The position numbers and the translations under genes were made by a program. 64,000 nt of DNA. Origin: an uncultured Porphyromonadaceae bacterium. GTDB lineage: Bacteria > Bacteroidota > Bacteroidia > Bacteroidales > UBA12481. This document shows, piece by piece, positions 48,418 to 56,692 of this stretch. Every line of letters begins with the position of its first letter. Within the stretch, counting starts at the first letter, position 1. The notes under the pieces are model-generated. The model was not told where the DNA came from. It worked only from the letters and a program-made list of their open reading frames with translations, and did no database searches. Where the stretch lies: contig CAZJNQ010000005.1 in the NCBI GenBank assembly GCA_964547475.1, positions 17,041 to 81,040 on the forward strand. The letters are read 5' to 3'.

Positions 48418-48975
48418 TTACTGTTTATTGTTTTCATCAATTTCAGACATTGCCTGCCGGAACGGATCGCCCTCCCTTTTTACAAAAATGGAAACGATCA
48501 GTGAGATGACCACCCCGATCAACGTAGTGCCAAAAATCACGGAGAAAAACTGAACGCCGGGACTCTTCATTTTGCTGAACATGCTCAGAGCCAGGTCGGT
48601 TTGTTCATCCGACATGCCCTGGTTGTAATAGGCCTCTTCAGCCGCATCCATGAGACGGTCCATGTATTGCGGATCAATCCAGGTCATGTATATCAGGTTG
48701 TAAAAAGCAAAAATGATGGAGGCAAAGAACATGAATATCACTCCGCTTTTAAATGCCTTGCCGTAAGTGATATACCCCCCGTTGTATTTGTCCCTCCAGT
48801 TTCTCAGGCAATAATACAGGATACCGAAATAGGCAATCCAATTGATGAAGGATAGCCAGAGAGCTCCCTCCTCCTCCAGGATCCAGGCAAGCACTGACAG
48901 TATGATCATGACCAGAGCAATGATGACGCCATAGGTCATTGCCGGTTTCAGAATGGAGGGTCGGTTGGCATGCAT
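48418..48975 (-). CDS. DUF4199 domain-containing membrane protein
   Basis: 185 aa with 4 hydrophobic helices. Its N-terminus (..LKPAMTYGVIIALVMIILSVLAWIL..) and its position upstream of a GtrB-like GT2 are typical for DUF4199 in Bacteroidota, from memory. Confidence 0.65.
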   Translation of the reverse strand: MHANRPSILKPAMTYGVIIALVMIILSVLAWILEEEGALWLSFINWIAYFGILYYCLRNWRDKYNGGYITYGKAFKSGVIFMFFASIIFAFYNLIYMTWIDPQYMDRLMDAAEEAYYNQGMSDEQTDLALSMFSKMKSPGVQFFSVIFGTTLIGVVISLIVSIFVKREGDPFRQAMSEIDENNKQ

Positions 48976-48998
48976 ACCTTGAAGGATTAGCTGTTAGG

Positions 48999-49006
48999 CA
49001 AAGATA
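48999..49006 (-). promoter_or_regulatory. Candidate -7 box (TAnnTTTG) for the DUF4199-GT2-MT-GT2 operon
   Basis: The minus strand reads TATCTTTG, 24 nt upstream of the ATG at 48975. Confidence 0.5.
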
Positions 49007-49037
49007 ACGGGAAATTGATTCAACCGAAAACAATTGC

Positions 49038-49045
49038 TATCTTTG
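49038..49045 (+). promoter_or_regulatory. Candidate -7 box (TAnnTTTG) for the SRP RNA gene
   Basis: TATCTTTG ends 3-4 nt before the predicted 5' end of the SRP RNA helix. Confidence 0.55.
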
Positions 49046-49047
49046 CC

Positions 49048-49148
49048 CGGGGTAAGTCTTATACGGCCAGCTCCCGCCTAACTCCCCCAGGACCGGAAGG
49101 CAGCAAGGGTACGCGGTTGTAGCGGCGCGATATAAGTAGCTTACCCTT
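49048..49148 (+). ncRNA. ffs: Signal recognition particle RNA (small/4.5S type)
   Basis: Contains the SRP domain IV signature CCAGGACCGGAAGGCAGCAAGGG (compare E. coli 4.5S CAGGUCCGGAAGGAAGCAGCCAAGG). The 5' GGGGTAAGTCTTATA pairs with the 3' TATAAGTAGCTTACCC to close one long hairpin. A cttcttttt tail follows. The ends are approximate, within about 5 nt. Confidence 0.85.
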
Positions 49149-49169
49149 CTTTTTGTTCCGGCGGAATCC

Positions 49170-49177
49170 TACCTTTG
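49170..49177 (+). promoter_or_regulatory. Candidate -7 box (TAnnTTTG) for the PD40 lipoprotein gene
   Basis: TACCTTTG. It ends only 4 nt before the ATG at 49182, which favours the ATG at 49197 as the start codon. Confidence 0.45.
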
Positions 49178-49196
49178 CCACATGATCCCACAAGCC

Positions 49197-50195
49197 ATGA
49201 AAACAACTTCCAGAATCCTGATCATTGCATCGGCCTTTTCCCTGATCCTGACCCAGGGTTGTTTCAAAACCTGGGATATTGTCTATGAACAGGGCTTCTT
49301 CTCAGATACCGTTAAAAACATGGGTGGGGTCAACAGTACCTATGATGATTACAATACCACCGGGATGCCCACCATCTCTTTTTACCTGCCCATTGTGTTC
49401 TCATCCAACCGGACTTCTTTAGGTGGAAAATTCGATCTTGTTGATTATGAATTATATGCAGAGTTCAATCAGGTCACTGGAAGCTTTAGTCTGACTGCAT
49501 ACGATGGTTCCTATCCTTTCAATTACCTGACAGACCTGTGCAATACCAACGATAATGAATTCGGGCCGACCACCTGTTATGTGGGAGGTACGGAATACTT
49601 TTTCCTTTTCGCCAGTGACCGCACCAGCAGCATGGATTTATACGCATCTTATTTTAACAGCTATAGCTTCACCACCGCTTCACCCCTCGATCCCACCCCG
49701 TTCCGGATCGTCGGGGCCAACCTGCCCGATAGTTATGAGGCATACGCCACACTCAGCAAGGCCCTCGCTGAATTTCTCTTCGCTTCTAACCGGGATGGTG
49801 ACCTGGATATTTACAGGATCAAGTTCGATGAAAACGACGACCTTTACAGCTGGGCTCGGATCGACACAACCTACCCGGCTGAACGGCTCGGGATCCTTAA
49901 TTCCGATTCAGCCGACATGTATCCGTACATCAATGGCAACCTGCTGGTTTTCGCCTCGACACGTGAGGAGGGGTATGGCGGATATGACCTCTATTATTCG
50001 CGCCGGCAAGATGGTGAATGGACCACGCCGGTCAATTTCGGCCCGGCAGTCAATTCCCCGGAGGATGATTGCCGGCCGGTTGTCTTCCTCGCAACTTATT
50101 TCACAAACGACCTGATGATCTTTTCCTCTAACCGGCCCGGGGGAAAGGGAGGCTTCGACCTTTATTACGTCGGTATCCCTAAAATGATTGAATAA
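49197..50195 (+). CDS. Lipoprotein with TolB-like PD40 beta-propeller repeats
   Basis: MKTTSRILIIASAFSLILTQGC provides a lipobox. PD40-like motifs recur (FASDRTSSMDLY, FASNRDGDLDIYRI, FASTREEGYGGYDLYYS, FSSNRPGGKGGFDLYYV). Confidence 0.7.
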   Translation: MKTTSRILIIASAFSLILTQGCFKTWDIVYEQGFFSDTVKNMGGVNSTYDDYNTTGMPTISFYLPIVFSSNRTSLGGKFDLVDYELYAEFNQVTGSFSLTAYDGSYPFNYLTDLCNTNDNEFGPTTCYVGGTEYFFLFASDRTSSMDLYASYFNSYSFTTASPLDPTPFRIVGANLPDSYEAYATLSKALAEFLFASNRDGDLDIYRIKFDENDDLYSWARIDTTYPAERLGILNSDSADMYPYINGNLLVFASTREEGYGGYDLYYSRRQDGEWTTPVNFGPAVNSPEDDCRPVVFLATYFTNDLMIFSSNRPGGKGGFDLYYVGIPKMIE

Positions 50196-50214
50196 TCTTC
50201 CAATAACCTGATAG

Positions 50215-50871
50215 ATGAAGTTCTTTATCGATACCGCTAATCTTGATCAGATCCGGCAAGCCCAGGATCTGGGTGTGCTCGATGGCGTAACGACCAATCC
50301 ATCCCTCATGGCCCGGGAAGGAATTCATGGCCAGGAGAATATCCTGCAGCACTATATTGATATCTGCCAGATAGTCAAAGGCGACGTAAGTGCGGAAGTC
50401 ATCTCGGCGGATTTTGAGGGCATCGTCCGGGAGGGTCATGAGCTATCGGCTCTTCACAAGCAGATCGTGGTAAAAGTACCGGTCATACGCGACGGGATCA
50501 AGGCCATCCGGTATTTCTCAGGCCAGCATATCCGGACTAATTGCACCCTTGTTTTTTCCGTAGGACAGGCCCTCCTGGCTGCCAAGGCCGGAGCCACCTA
50601 TGTTTCACCGTTTATCGGTCGGCTCGATGACGTTTCAGCCGACGGTGTGGGACTGGTCCGGAGCATAATCAACCTGTACCGTTACTATGAATTTGATACC
50701 CAAGTCATTGCTGCTTCAATACGGCATACCATGCATATCATCCAGTGTGCCGAAGCCGGTGCCGATGTGGTGACTTGCCCACTCCAGTCCATACTGGGAC
50801 TCCTGGAACATCCTCTGACTACTATCGGGCTTCAGAAATTTCTGGCTGATTACCATAAGCTGAATGGCTGA
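50215..50871 (+). CDS. fsa: Fructose-6-phosphate aldolase / transaldolase family 3B
   Basis: 218 aa: MKFFIDTANLDQIR.A.DLG.LDGVTTNPSL.A.EG.., ..VKVP....G..A.......I.TN.TL.FS..QALLAAKAGA.YVSPF.GRLDD. Confidence 0.9.
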   Translation: MKFFIDTANLDQIRQAQDLGVLDGVTTNPSLMAREGIHGQENILQHYIDICQIVKGDVSAEVISADFEGIVREGHELSALHKQIVVKVPVIRDGIKAIRYFSGQHIRTNCTLVFSVGQALLAAKAGATYVSPFIGRLDDVSADGVGLVRSIINLYRYYEFDTQVIAASIRHTMHIIQCAEAGADVVTCPLQSILGLLEHPLTTIGLQKFLADYHKLNG

Positions 50872-51485
50872 TGATCAGGAAGATCTATCCCCAGAATCCC
50901 AATCCGAAGGAAATTAACATGGTGGTTGATCTCCTCCGCGGGGGAGGAGTCATCATTTATCCAACCGATACAGTATATGGGCTGGGTTGTGATATCACCC
51001 ATGGCAAGGCTATCGACCGGATTGCCCAGATCAAGGGTGTCCGGCCCGGGAAGACTCAGTTCGCCTTTATTGTATATGATCTGAGCCATCTGTCCGATTT
51101 TACAAAACCCATTGATAATCAGGTTTATAAAATAATGAAAAGAAACCTGCCGGGTCCTTTTACCTTCATTCTCGAGGCAAACAATAATGTCCCGCGCATA
51201 TTGAAAAGCAAGAAGAAAACCGTAGGCATCCGTATACCCGATAATCTCATCATCAGGGAAATTGTCAGGGCACTGGGCAATCCGATCCTGACCACCTCGG
51301 TTCACAGCGGCGACATGATCATTGATTACACAACCGATCCCGAACTCATTCATGAAGAAATGGGACATCTGGTCGATCTGGTGATTGACGGCGGTTTTGG
51401 CAATAACATCCCTTCAACCGTTGTGGATTGTACCGGTCCTGATGTCCGGGTTGTGAGAGAAGGGCTCGGGATCCTGGAATGGTGA
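50871..51485 (+). CDS. tsaC: L-threonylcarbamoyladenylate synthase (TsaC/YrdC family)
   Basis: 204 aa with ..GGVIIYPTDTVYGLGCDI....A..RI...K.R. and ..LPGP.TFIL.... Its start overlaps the fsa stop. Confidence 0.85.
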   Translation: MIRKIYPQNPNPKEINMVVDLLRGGGVIIYPTDTVYGLGCDITHGKAIDRIAQIKGVRPGKTQFAFIVYDLSHLSDFTKPIDNQVYKIMKRNLPGPFTFILEANNNVPRILKSKKKTVGIRIPDNLIIREIVRALGNPILTTSVHSGDMIIDYTTDPELIHEEMGHLVDLVIDGGFGNNIPSTVVDCTGPDVRVVREGLGILEW

Positions 51486-51490
51486 TCCAT

Positions 51491-53119
51491 TCATTCCATG
51501 ATCCGGGTCACCAGGGTCAGCAACGCCAATATAACCGTACTGACAAGAAATTTCAACCAGATCGCCGGCTTGGGATTGCGCAGATAGGACCAGGTGGCAG
51601 CCATCAACCCGTAATAAACCGCCAGATCCGCCAGGCTCACTTCTCCGGGCTGAAAGGAATTACCCGGCAAACCACCCATGAAAGTCGCCGCCCGCAGCAC
51701 GGCAGCTATCAGGAAATCCATGCCCTGGCAAAGAAATGCCGGACATAAGCCTGCAGCCTGCAGACCGGTCAGGAACAGACCGGCATAGAAGCCAAAGACC
51801 AGAAGAGGCACCAGGACCAGGTTGCCGCCCAGGAAATAGAGCGGGAACCAGCCGAACCAGAACAATAGTACGGGTATGATCAGCGACTGGGCTGAGAGCG
51901 AAACGCCGGCGGCTTCAAAGACTTTTCGCCAGATCCGGGGACCCTTTATACGGGTTTTTATGACCGGCATCCAAACGATGATTCCGGCCACTGCCAGATA
52001 GGATAATTGGGCCCCCGCGCTGAAAACCGTGAAAGGATCGACCAGACAATGTATCGCTGCCACGGCGCACAGGCTGTCAAGTCCGGAACCATTGCGGCCG
52101 GTCAGCCTCGCCACACCGAACAGACTGACCATCCCTGCAGCCCGGCAGGCCGAAGGGCTCAAGCCGGTGATGCCGGTATAAATCCAGACGAAAATCAGCG
52201 ACAGGATGCTCCTGGACCTGCGTGGCAAAAAACTGATAAATCCAAGCAGGTAGCCGCTCAGGAGATAGACAATCCCCACATGCAGCCCGGAAACGGAAAT
52301 AACGTGGATGATACCCGCCCGGGTAAAAGCGCTCTTGGTCGCTTCTGAGATGCCTGACCGGTCGCCGAAGATCATGGCTTTGAGCAAGCCGCCCGTCTCT
52401 TCAGACAAAGGCATGTCGTCTATTACGCCCAGCATCCTGGATTGCCAGCGATCCAGCTGTCCGAGAATATTCAAACCGGTGTTTTTCCTGATCAGCCTGC
52501 TCTGACCCGCGGAAAGCCAAGCCTCATGCCTGATTCCCCGTGATATCCAGTAACGGCTGGCAATGAATCCCTTGTCGGACAGCTTGTCGGATACCCGGTT
52601 GATCCTGACCGGCCCAAACTCCCAGATATCACCCCGGCCATATATCATCATCGTGTCGGGATGCGCGAGGAACACCAGCTTTCCATGCGACTGCAACCAC
52701 CCGCTGTCCTTCCGGGTCAGTAACGGACAGGCTATGATCTGTTCCATCCGCTCGCTGATCCTGTGACTTTCGACGATCCTGGCAACAATCCTGAACTTGC
52801 CGTCAACCGGTTCCGGAGGCGTGAACCGGCAGGTGCTTACCGTAACATAACCTGTCAACACCGAGCACACGAAAACCACCAGCCGTATCCTGAGATCTTT
52901 CAGATCAAAGGAGTGCCGATACATGCTCAGAACTAGGGTCATGGCCAGGATCAGACCGGTGATCACGATCAGGCCTCCTGGCATGAATGGATGGCCTGCC
53001 GGGAACCTGACAACGCCGCTACCGGTCACAATCCCCAGTATCAGCCCGGTGAGAGGTACGATAACCCCTGATTTCATCAAAAAAGCGTCTACCTGATCAG
53101 ATAGACGCTTATGCGGCAA
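51491..53119 (-). CDS. ComEC/Rec2 family competence membrane protein (no beta-lactamase-like domain)
   Basis: 542 aa polytopic membrane protein. It has the ComEC core motif ..F.RAGIIHVISVSGLHVGIV... Confidence 0.8.
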   Translation of the reverse strand: MPHKRLSDQVDAFLMKSGVIVPLTGLILGIVTGSGVVRFPAGHPFMPGGLIVITGLILAMTLVLSMYRHSFDLKDLRIRLVVFVCSVLTGYVTVSTCRFTPPEPVDGKFRIVARIVESHRISERMEQIIACPLLTRKDSGWLQSHGKLVFLAHPDTMMIYGRGDIWEFGPVRINRVSDKLSDKGFIASRYWISRGIRHEAWLSAGQSRLIRKNTGLNILGQLDRWQSRMLGVIDDMPLSEETGGLLKAMIFGDRSGISEATKSAFTRAGIIHVISVSGLHVGIVYLLSGYLLGFISFLPRRSRSILSLIFVWIYTGITGLSPSACRAAGMVSLFGVARLTGRNGSGLDSLCAVAAIHCLVDPFTVFSAGAQLSYLAVAGIIVWMPVIKTRIKGPRIWRKVFEAAGVSLSAQSLIIPVLLFWFGWFPLYFLGGNLVLVPLLVFGFYAGLFLTGLQAAGLCPAFLCQGMDFLIAAVLRAATFMGGLPGNSFQPGEVSLADLAVYYGLMAATWSYLRNPKPAIWLKFLVSTVILALLTLVTRIME

Positions 53120-53132
53120 CTAAATGGAGAGA

Positions 53133-53660
53133 TCAGTCCTTGTTTTTGCTTTCCCACTCGCGAATCAGTTCCTCGATCGGCTTTCCCATATTCTCGATGG
53201 ATAACCTGGCATCACGGGTCAGGGCATGATTGGGATACTTGTCGATAAACTCCTGATAGAGAGCTTTGGCCTGGTCGTACTGGTTCATTTGATTCTCCAG
53301 GATGAAAGCCTGGAGAAAAATGCAATAGGGAGCTCTTGAATATGCCGGGTAAGCCTCCAGGATCCGTTTGTAATATTCTACCGCCATCGCAGACATTTTC
53401 AGATTCATGGCGATCTCGGCACCCTTGTACAGGTACTCGGCTGACAGGGTATCTCCAGGGTATTCATTGGCATAATCCGTATAGGCCTGGATAGCTTCCA
53501 TACCGGTATTCTGATCCGGGATGGCTCTCAGGGAATCACCGAAGATCTTGGCCTCAGAGGCGGCTATCCGGTCCAGAATTCTTTTTTTCTCGGCATTTCC
53601 GGCACATCCGGCAAGAATAGCCACCGACAGTAATCCGAAGAGCAGGTTTTTGAGTTTCAT
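53133..53660 (-). CDS. Tetratricopeptide-repeat lipoprotein
   Basis: 175 aa with a lipobox (VAILAGC). TPR-like helices are present (..AEYLYKGAEIAMNL.., ..AVEYYKRILEAYP.., ..AKALYQEFIDKYPNH..). Confidence 0.7.
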   Translation of the reverse strand: MKLKNLLFGLLSVAILAGCAGNAEKKRILDRIAASEAKIFGDSLRAIPDQNTGMEAIQAYTDYANEYPGDTLSAEYLYKGAEIAMNLKMSAMAVEYYKRILEAYPAYSRAPYCIFLQAFILENQMNQYDQAKALYQEFIDKYPNHALTRDARLSIENMGKPIEELIREWESKNKD

Positions 53661-53662
53661 GG

Positions 53663-54223
53663 TTATTTTTTTTGCGGGAAGATCATTTTGTACTTAACGG
53701 CTATTTTACCCTGGGCAATATCCCTGAGCTTTCCCTTCAGCAATCTTTTTCTCAGAGGACTGACCCGATCAGGAAAAAGGATTCCATCCAAATGATCATA
53801 TTCATGCTGTATGATACGGGCGGCCATTCCTTCGAACCATTCATCATGCGGCACCCAATTCTCATCCTGGTAACGGATCCTGATCCGCCTCGGGCGAAGG
53901 ATGTCCTCATGAATGTTGGGGACGCTGAGGCATCCTTCCTGCAGCAGTTCCTCCTCCTCTCCCTTTTCCTCGATGCGGGCATTGATAAAGACTTTCCTGA
54001 AATCACTCAGGGCCGGATCCTCATCCGCATAATGCCGGGCATCTATGACAAACAAGCGGATGGAACGGCCAACCTGCGGGGCGGCCAATCCTACCCCATC
54101 ATCGGATTGCATCGTTTCAAAAAGATCCTGGATCAGTTGACCGATCCCCGGGTAATCGGGGGCGATGTCTGTGCTGACCTTCTTCAGGACCGGTGACCCG
54201 TAAGCATATATTGGCAATACCAT
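53663..54223 (-). CDS. def: Peptide deformylase
   Basis: Starts at the ATG at 54223 (MVLPIYAYGSPVLKK..), 186 aa. It has the motifs GVGLAAPQVG, EGCLS and HEYDHLDG. The longer ORF in the track (to 54331) overlaps ruvX. Confidence 0.95.
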   Translation of the reverse strand: MVLPIYAYGSPVLKKVSTDIAPDYPGIGQLIQDLFETMQSDDGVGLAAPQVGRSIRLFVIDARHYADEDPALSDFRKVFINARIEEKGEEEELLQEGCLSVPNIHEDILRPRRIRIRYQDENWVPHDEWFEGMAARIIQHEYDHLDGILFPDRVSPLRKRLLKGKLRDIAQGKIAVKYKMIFPQKK

Positions 54224-54224
54224 G

Positions 54225-54653
54225 CTAATGCAATTCTTTGAATTTTTGCTGCTGCAGCCAGGATTCAAGGATGATGATCGCGCTGACAGCATCAATGTTC
54301 TCCTTTTTCCTCCGGGCGCTTTTTGAAGCACCGGATTCCACCAGGCTCCTGACCGCCATCCTCGAGGTCAGCCTTTCATCGATCCGGTATACGGGAACCA
54401 GTGGAAATTTCTTTTCCAGACCTTTAATGAAAGCCTGGACATACTGCGCCGATTCCGAAGGTTCATAATTCATTTTCCGGGGAAAACCAACAACAAAAGC
54501 ATCAGCCCCTTCACGGGTAATATAGTCCTCCAAGAAGGAGTAAACCTCATGGGAGGGAACGGAAGCCAGCACGGTGGCAATTCTTTGTTCCGGATCGGTG
54601 ACTGCCAGGCCGGTCCGTTTCTGCCCGTAATCGATGCCTATTATTCTACCCAT
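54225..54653 (-). CDS. ruvX: Holliday junction resolvase-like RuvX (YqgF)
   Basis: Starts at the ATG at 54653 (MGRIIGIDYGQKRTGLAVTD..), 142 aa. It has ..DERLTS..A and a C-terminal ..DAVSA..IL..W. Confidence 0.9.
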   Translation of the reverse strand: MGRIIGIDYGQKRTGLAVTDPEQRIATVLASVPSHEVYSFLEDYITREGADAFVVGFPRKMNYEPSESAQYVQAFIKGLEKKFPLVPVYRIDERLTSRMAVRSLVESGASKSARRKKENIDAVSAIIILESWLQQQKFKELH

Positions 54654-54666
54654 TGAATCGTGTGGC

Positions 54667-54674
54667 CAAAGATA
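54667..54674 (-). promoter_or_regulatory. Candidate -7 box (TAnnTTTG) for the ruvX-def-TPR-comEC operon
   Basis: The minus strand reads TATCTTTG, 14 nt upstream of the ruvX ATG at 54653. Confidence 0.5.
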
Positions 54675-54739
54675 CAAAACTAATGGTCTGCGACCAGCAG
54701 GACATTGACATATGACCATACAACCTGACGATCAATTTC

Positions 54740-54747
54740 TATCTTTG
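54740..54747 (+). promoter_or_regulatory. Candidate -7 box (TAnnTTTG) for pckA
   Basis: TATCTTTG, 33 nt upstream of the pckA ATG. Confidence 0.55.
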
Positions 54748-54779
54748 TCGAAACCAATAGTTCATCAATAAGATATTTT

Positions 54780-56426
54780 ATGAGAGATCTGAAACCCCTT
54801 GTGAAAGATTTTCTGAACCATCATGCTCATGTTCTCACCAATATTATGCGCTCTGAAATGATCCGGGATTCTGTTGAACGAAGAGAAGCAATCGTCGCGG
54901 AATCCGGAGCCCTGGCAACCTGGACACCTCCTGAATCAACCGGCAGAAGCCCGAAAGACACCTATATGGTCCGACGGACTGCCAGTGAAAATAATATAGA
55001 TTGGAAATCACCGAATAATCTCCCGATCGAGGAGGGCACTTTCGACAGCCTGTTTGATGACGCTGTACGGTATCTTTCAGCTGCCGACCGGCTGTACGAA
55101 ACCGACCGGGTCATTGGAGCGGACAGCCGGTATGCTTTACCCGTGAAGGTCATCACCTACAGGGCGCTTCATACCTTGTTCATTGACAACATGTTCCGCC
55201 CTGTTCCCGGGGACATTCACAGAAGCTGCTTTGACGGTCAGGGCTTTGTCATGCTTTCCCTTCCCTACCACAAGCTTGACGCCGGCAAATATGCAGGCAA
55301 GCTCAGGAAGCTTCCGGATGGCAAAACCTCGGACCTTGTGGTGGCTGTTGATTTTGACCGTCGGATAGGTTTGGCCATCGGATCCGCTTACATGGGAAGC
55401 ATGAAAAAGATGTTGTTTACTGTCATGAATTACCTGCTGCCGCTTCAGGGTATTTTGCCGCTCCACTGCTCGGCCAATGAAGGGAAAAAAGGAGACTCGG
55501 CACTTCTGCTCGGACTGTCGGGAACGGGCAAGACCACCCTTTCCGCCGATCCTGCCCGCGCCTTGCTGGGAGATGACGAACATGGATGGAGCGAACATGG
55601 CATCGCCAACTTTGAATACGGTTGCTACGCCAAGATGATCGATATTCATCCTAAAAAGGAACCGGACATCTATGATGCCGTCATGCATCCGGATGACTGC
55701 CTGAATCACGGTGCCATGGTTGAAAATGCGATGATCTATCCCGATGGGAAGTTTGATTTCTACGATAACCGTCTGACAGAAAATTCAAGAGCTTCCTTTC
55801 CCTTGACTTACCTGAAAAATATTAAGCCATCTTCAGTCTCCGGCCATCCGAAGACCATCCTGTTCCTGACTGCCGATGCTTACGGGGTTTTGCCTCCGAT
55901 TTCAAGGCTCAGCAAGGAACAGGCCATGTTGTGGTTTATGATGGGTTACACATCCAAGCTGGCAGGAACCGAAACCGGAGTGACGGAGCCACAGGCAGCT
56001 TTTTCCCGTTTTTTCGGTGCGCCTTTCATGCCCTGCAACCCGGATATATATGCCGACATGCTGGGACGTAAGATGGATCAGTTCCAAACCCGGGTATTCC
56101 TGGTCAATACGGGATGGAGCGGCGGAGGATATGGAGTCGGGAAACGGATCGACCTGCCCCTCACCCGTCAAATGGTCAATGCTGCCTTGAGCGGAGAGCT
56201 GGATCAGGTTGAATATGCAAATGATGATTTATTCCATCTCCAAATGCCGTTGACCTGCCCGGGAGTTCCTTCCGGGATCCTGAATCCTGTCAATACCTGG
56301 CCCGATCGCGAAGCTTACCAGATTGCGGCAAAAAAACTGGCTAAACAATTCAGTGACTATTTCGACAAAGCCTATGGGGATAAAAACATGGGTGCCGGAA
56401 TTGTGAGTCAGTGCCCGGGTAAATAA
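54780..56426 (+). CDS. pckA: Phosphoenolpyruvate carboxykinase (ATP)
   Basis: 548 aa with the kinase-1a P-loop (GLSGTGKTTLS), plus ..GDDEHGW.. and ..NTGW.GG.YG.G.R...... Confidence 0.96.
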   Translation: MRDLKPLVKDFLNHHAHVLTNIMRSEMIRDSVERREAIVAESGALATWTPPESTGRSPKDTYMVRRTASENNIDWKSPNNLPIEEGTFDSLFDDAVRYLSAADRLYETDRVIGADSRYALPVKVITYRALHTLFIDNMFRPVPGDIHRSCFDGQGFVMLSLPYHKLDAGKYAGKLRKLPDGKTSDLVVAVDFDRRIGLAIGSAYMGSMKKMLFTVMNYLLPLQGILPLHCSANEGKKGDSALLLGLSGTGKTTLSADPARALLGDDEHGWSEHGIANFEYGCYAKMIDIHPKKEPDIYDAVMHPDDCLNHGAMVENAMIYPDGKFDFYDNRLTENSRASFPLTYLKNIKPSSVSGHPKTILFLTADAYGVLPPISRLSKEQAMLWFMMGYTSKLAGTETGVTEPQAAFSRFFGAPFMPCNPDIYADMLGRKMDQFQTRVFLVNTGWSGGGYGVGKRIDLPLTRQMVNAALSGELDQVEYANDDLFHLQMPLTCPGVPSGILNPVNTWPDREAYQIAAKKLAKQFSDYFDKAYGDKNMGAGIVSQCPGK

Positions 56427-56451
56427 AACAGGATGGCCTGAAAATGCTAAA

Positions 56452-56482
56452 CCCCGATTTCCACCAGGAAATCGGGGTTTTT
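56452..56482. terminator. Rho-independent terminator after pckA (hairpin usable from both strands)
   Basis: ccccgatttcc (56452-56462) pairs with ggaaatcgggg (56467-56477), followed by ttttt on the plus strand. On the minus strand the hairpin is followed by tttagcatttt. Confidence 0.8.
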
Positions 56483-56618
56483 GCAACTTTAACCGGATAA
56501 CTCAACTTTTAGATAACATTATAACAGGCAACCAAAGCTACCTGCTGTCCCATGCGTTTCGGTGCATGGATATAGAGAATAGAAAACCTTAAGTCAGAAC
56601 GCGCTATTTATCGACGAA

Positions 56619-56626
56619 CAAATATA
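56619..56626 (-). promoter_or_regulatory. Orphan -7-like box (TAnnTTTG) with no CDS downstream
   Basis: The minus strand reads TATATTTG in the pckA-nifJ spacer. It points toward the 56452-56477 hairpin. See the findings list. Confidence 0.25.
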
Positions 56627-56692
56627 AAACAGAAAATCCTCAAAACCAAAGGTTCTGGGTATTTTTTTACAATTTTTTGTACCGGCGGATGA

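Noticed and set aside
56229-56486. Minus-strand 85-aa ORF spanning the pckA terminator.
   Set aside because: It has a TTG start inside the terminator hairpin. Most of it is antisense to the pckA 3' end and it has no coding features.
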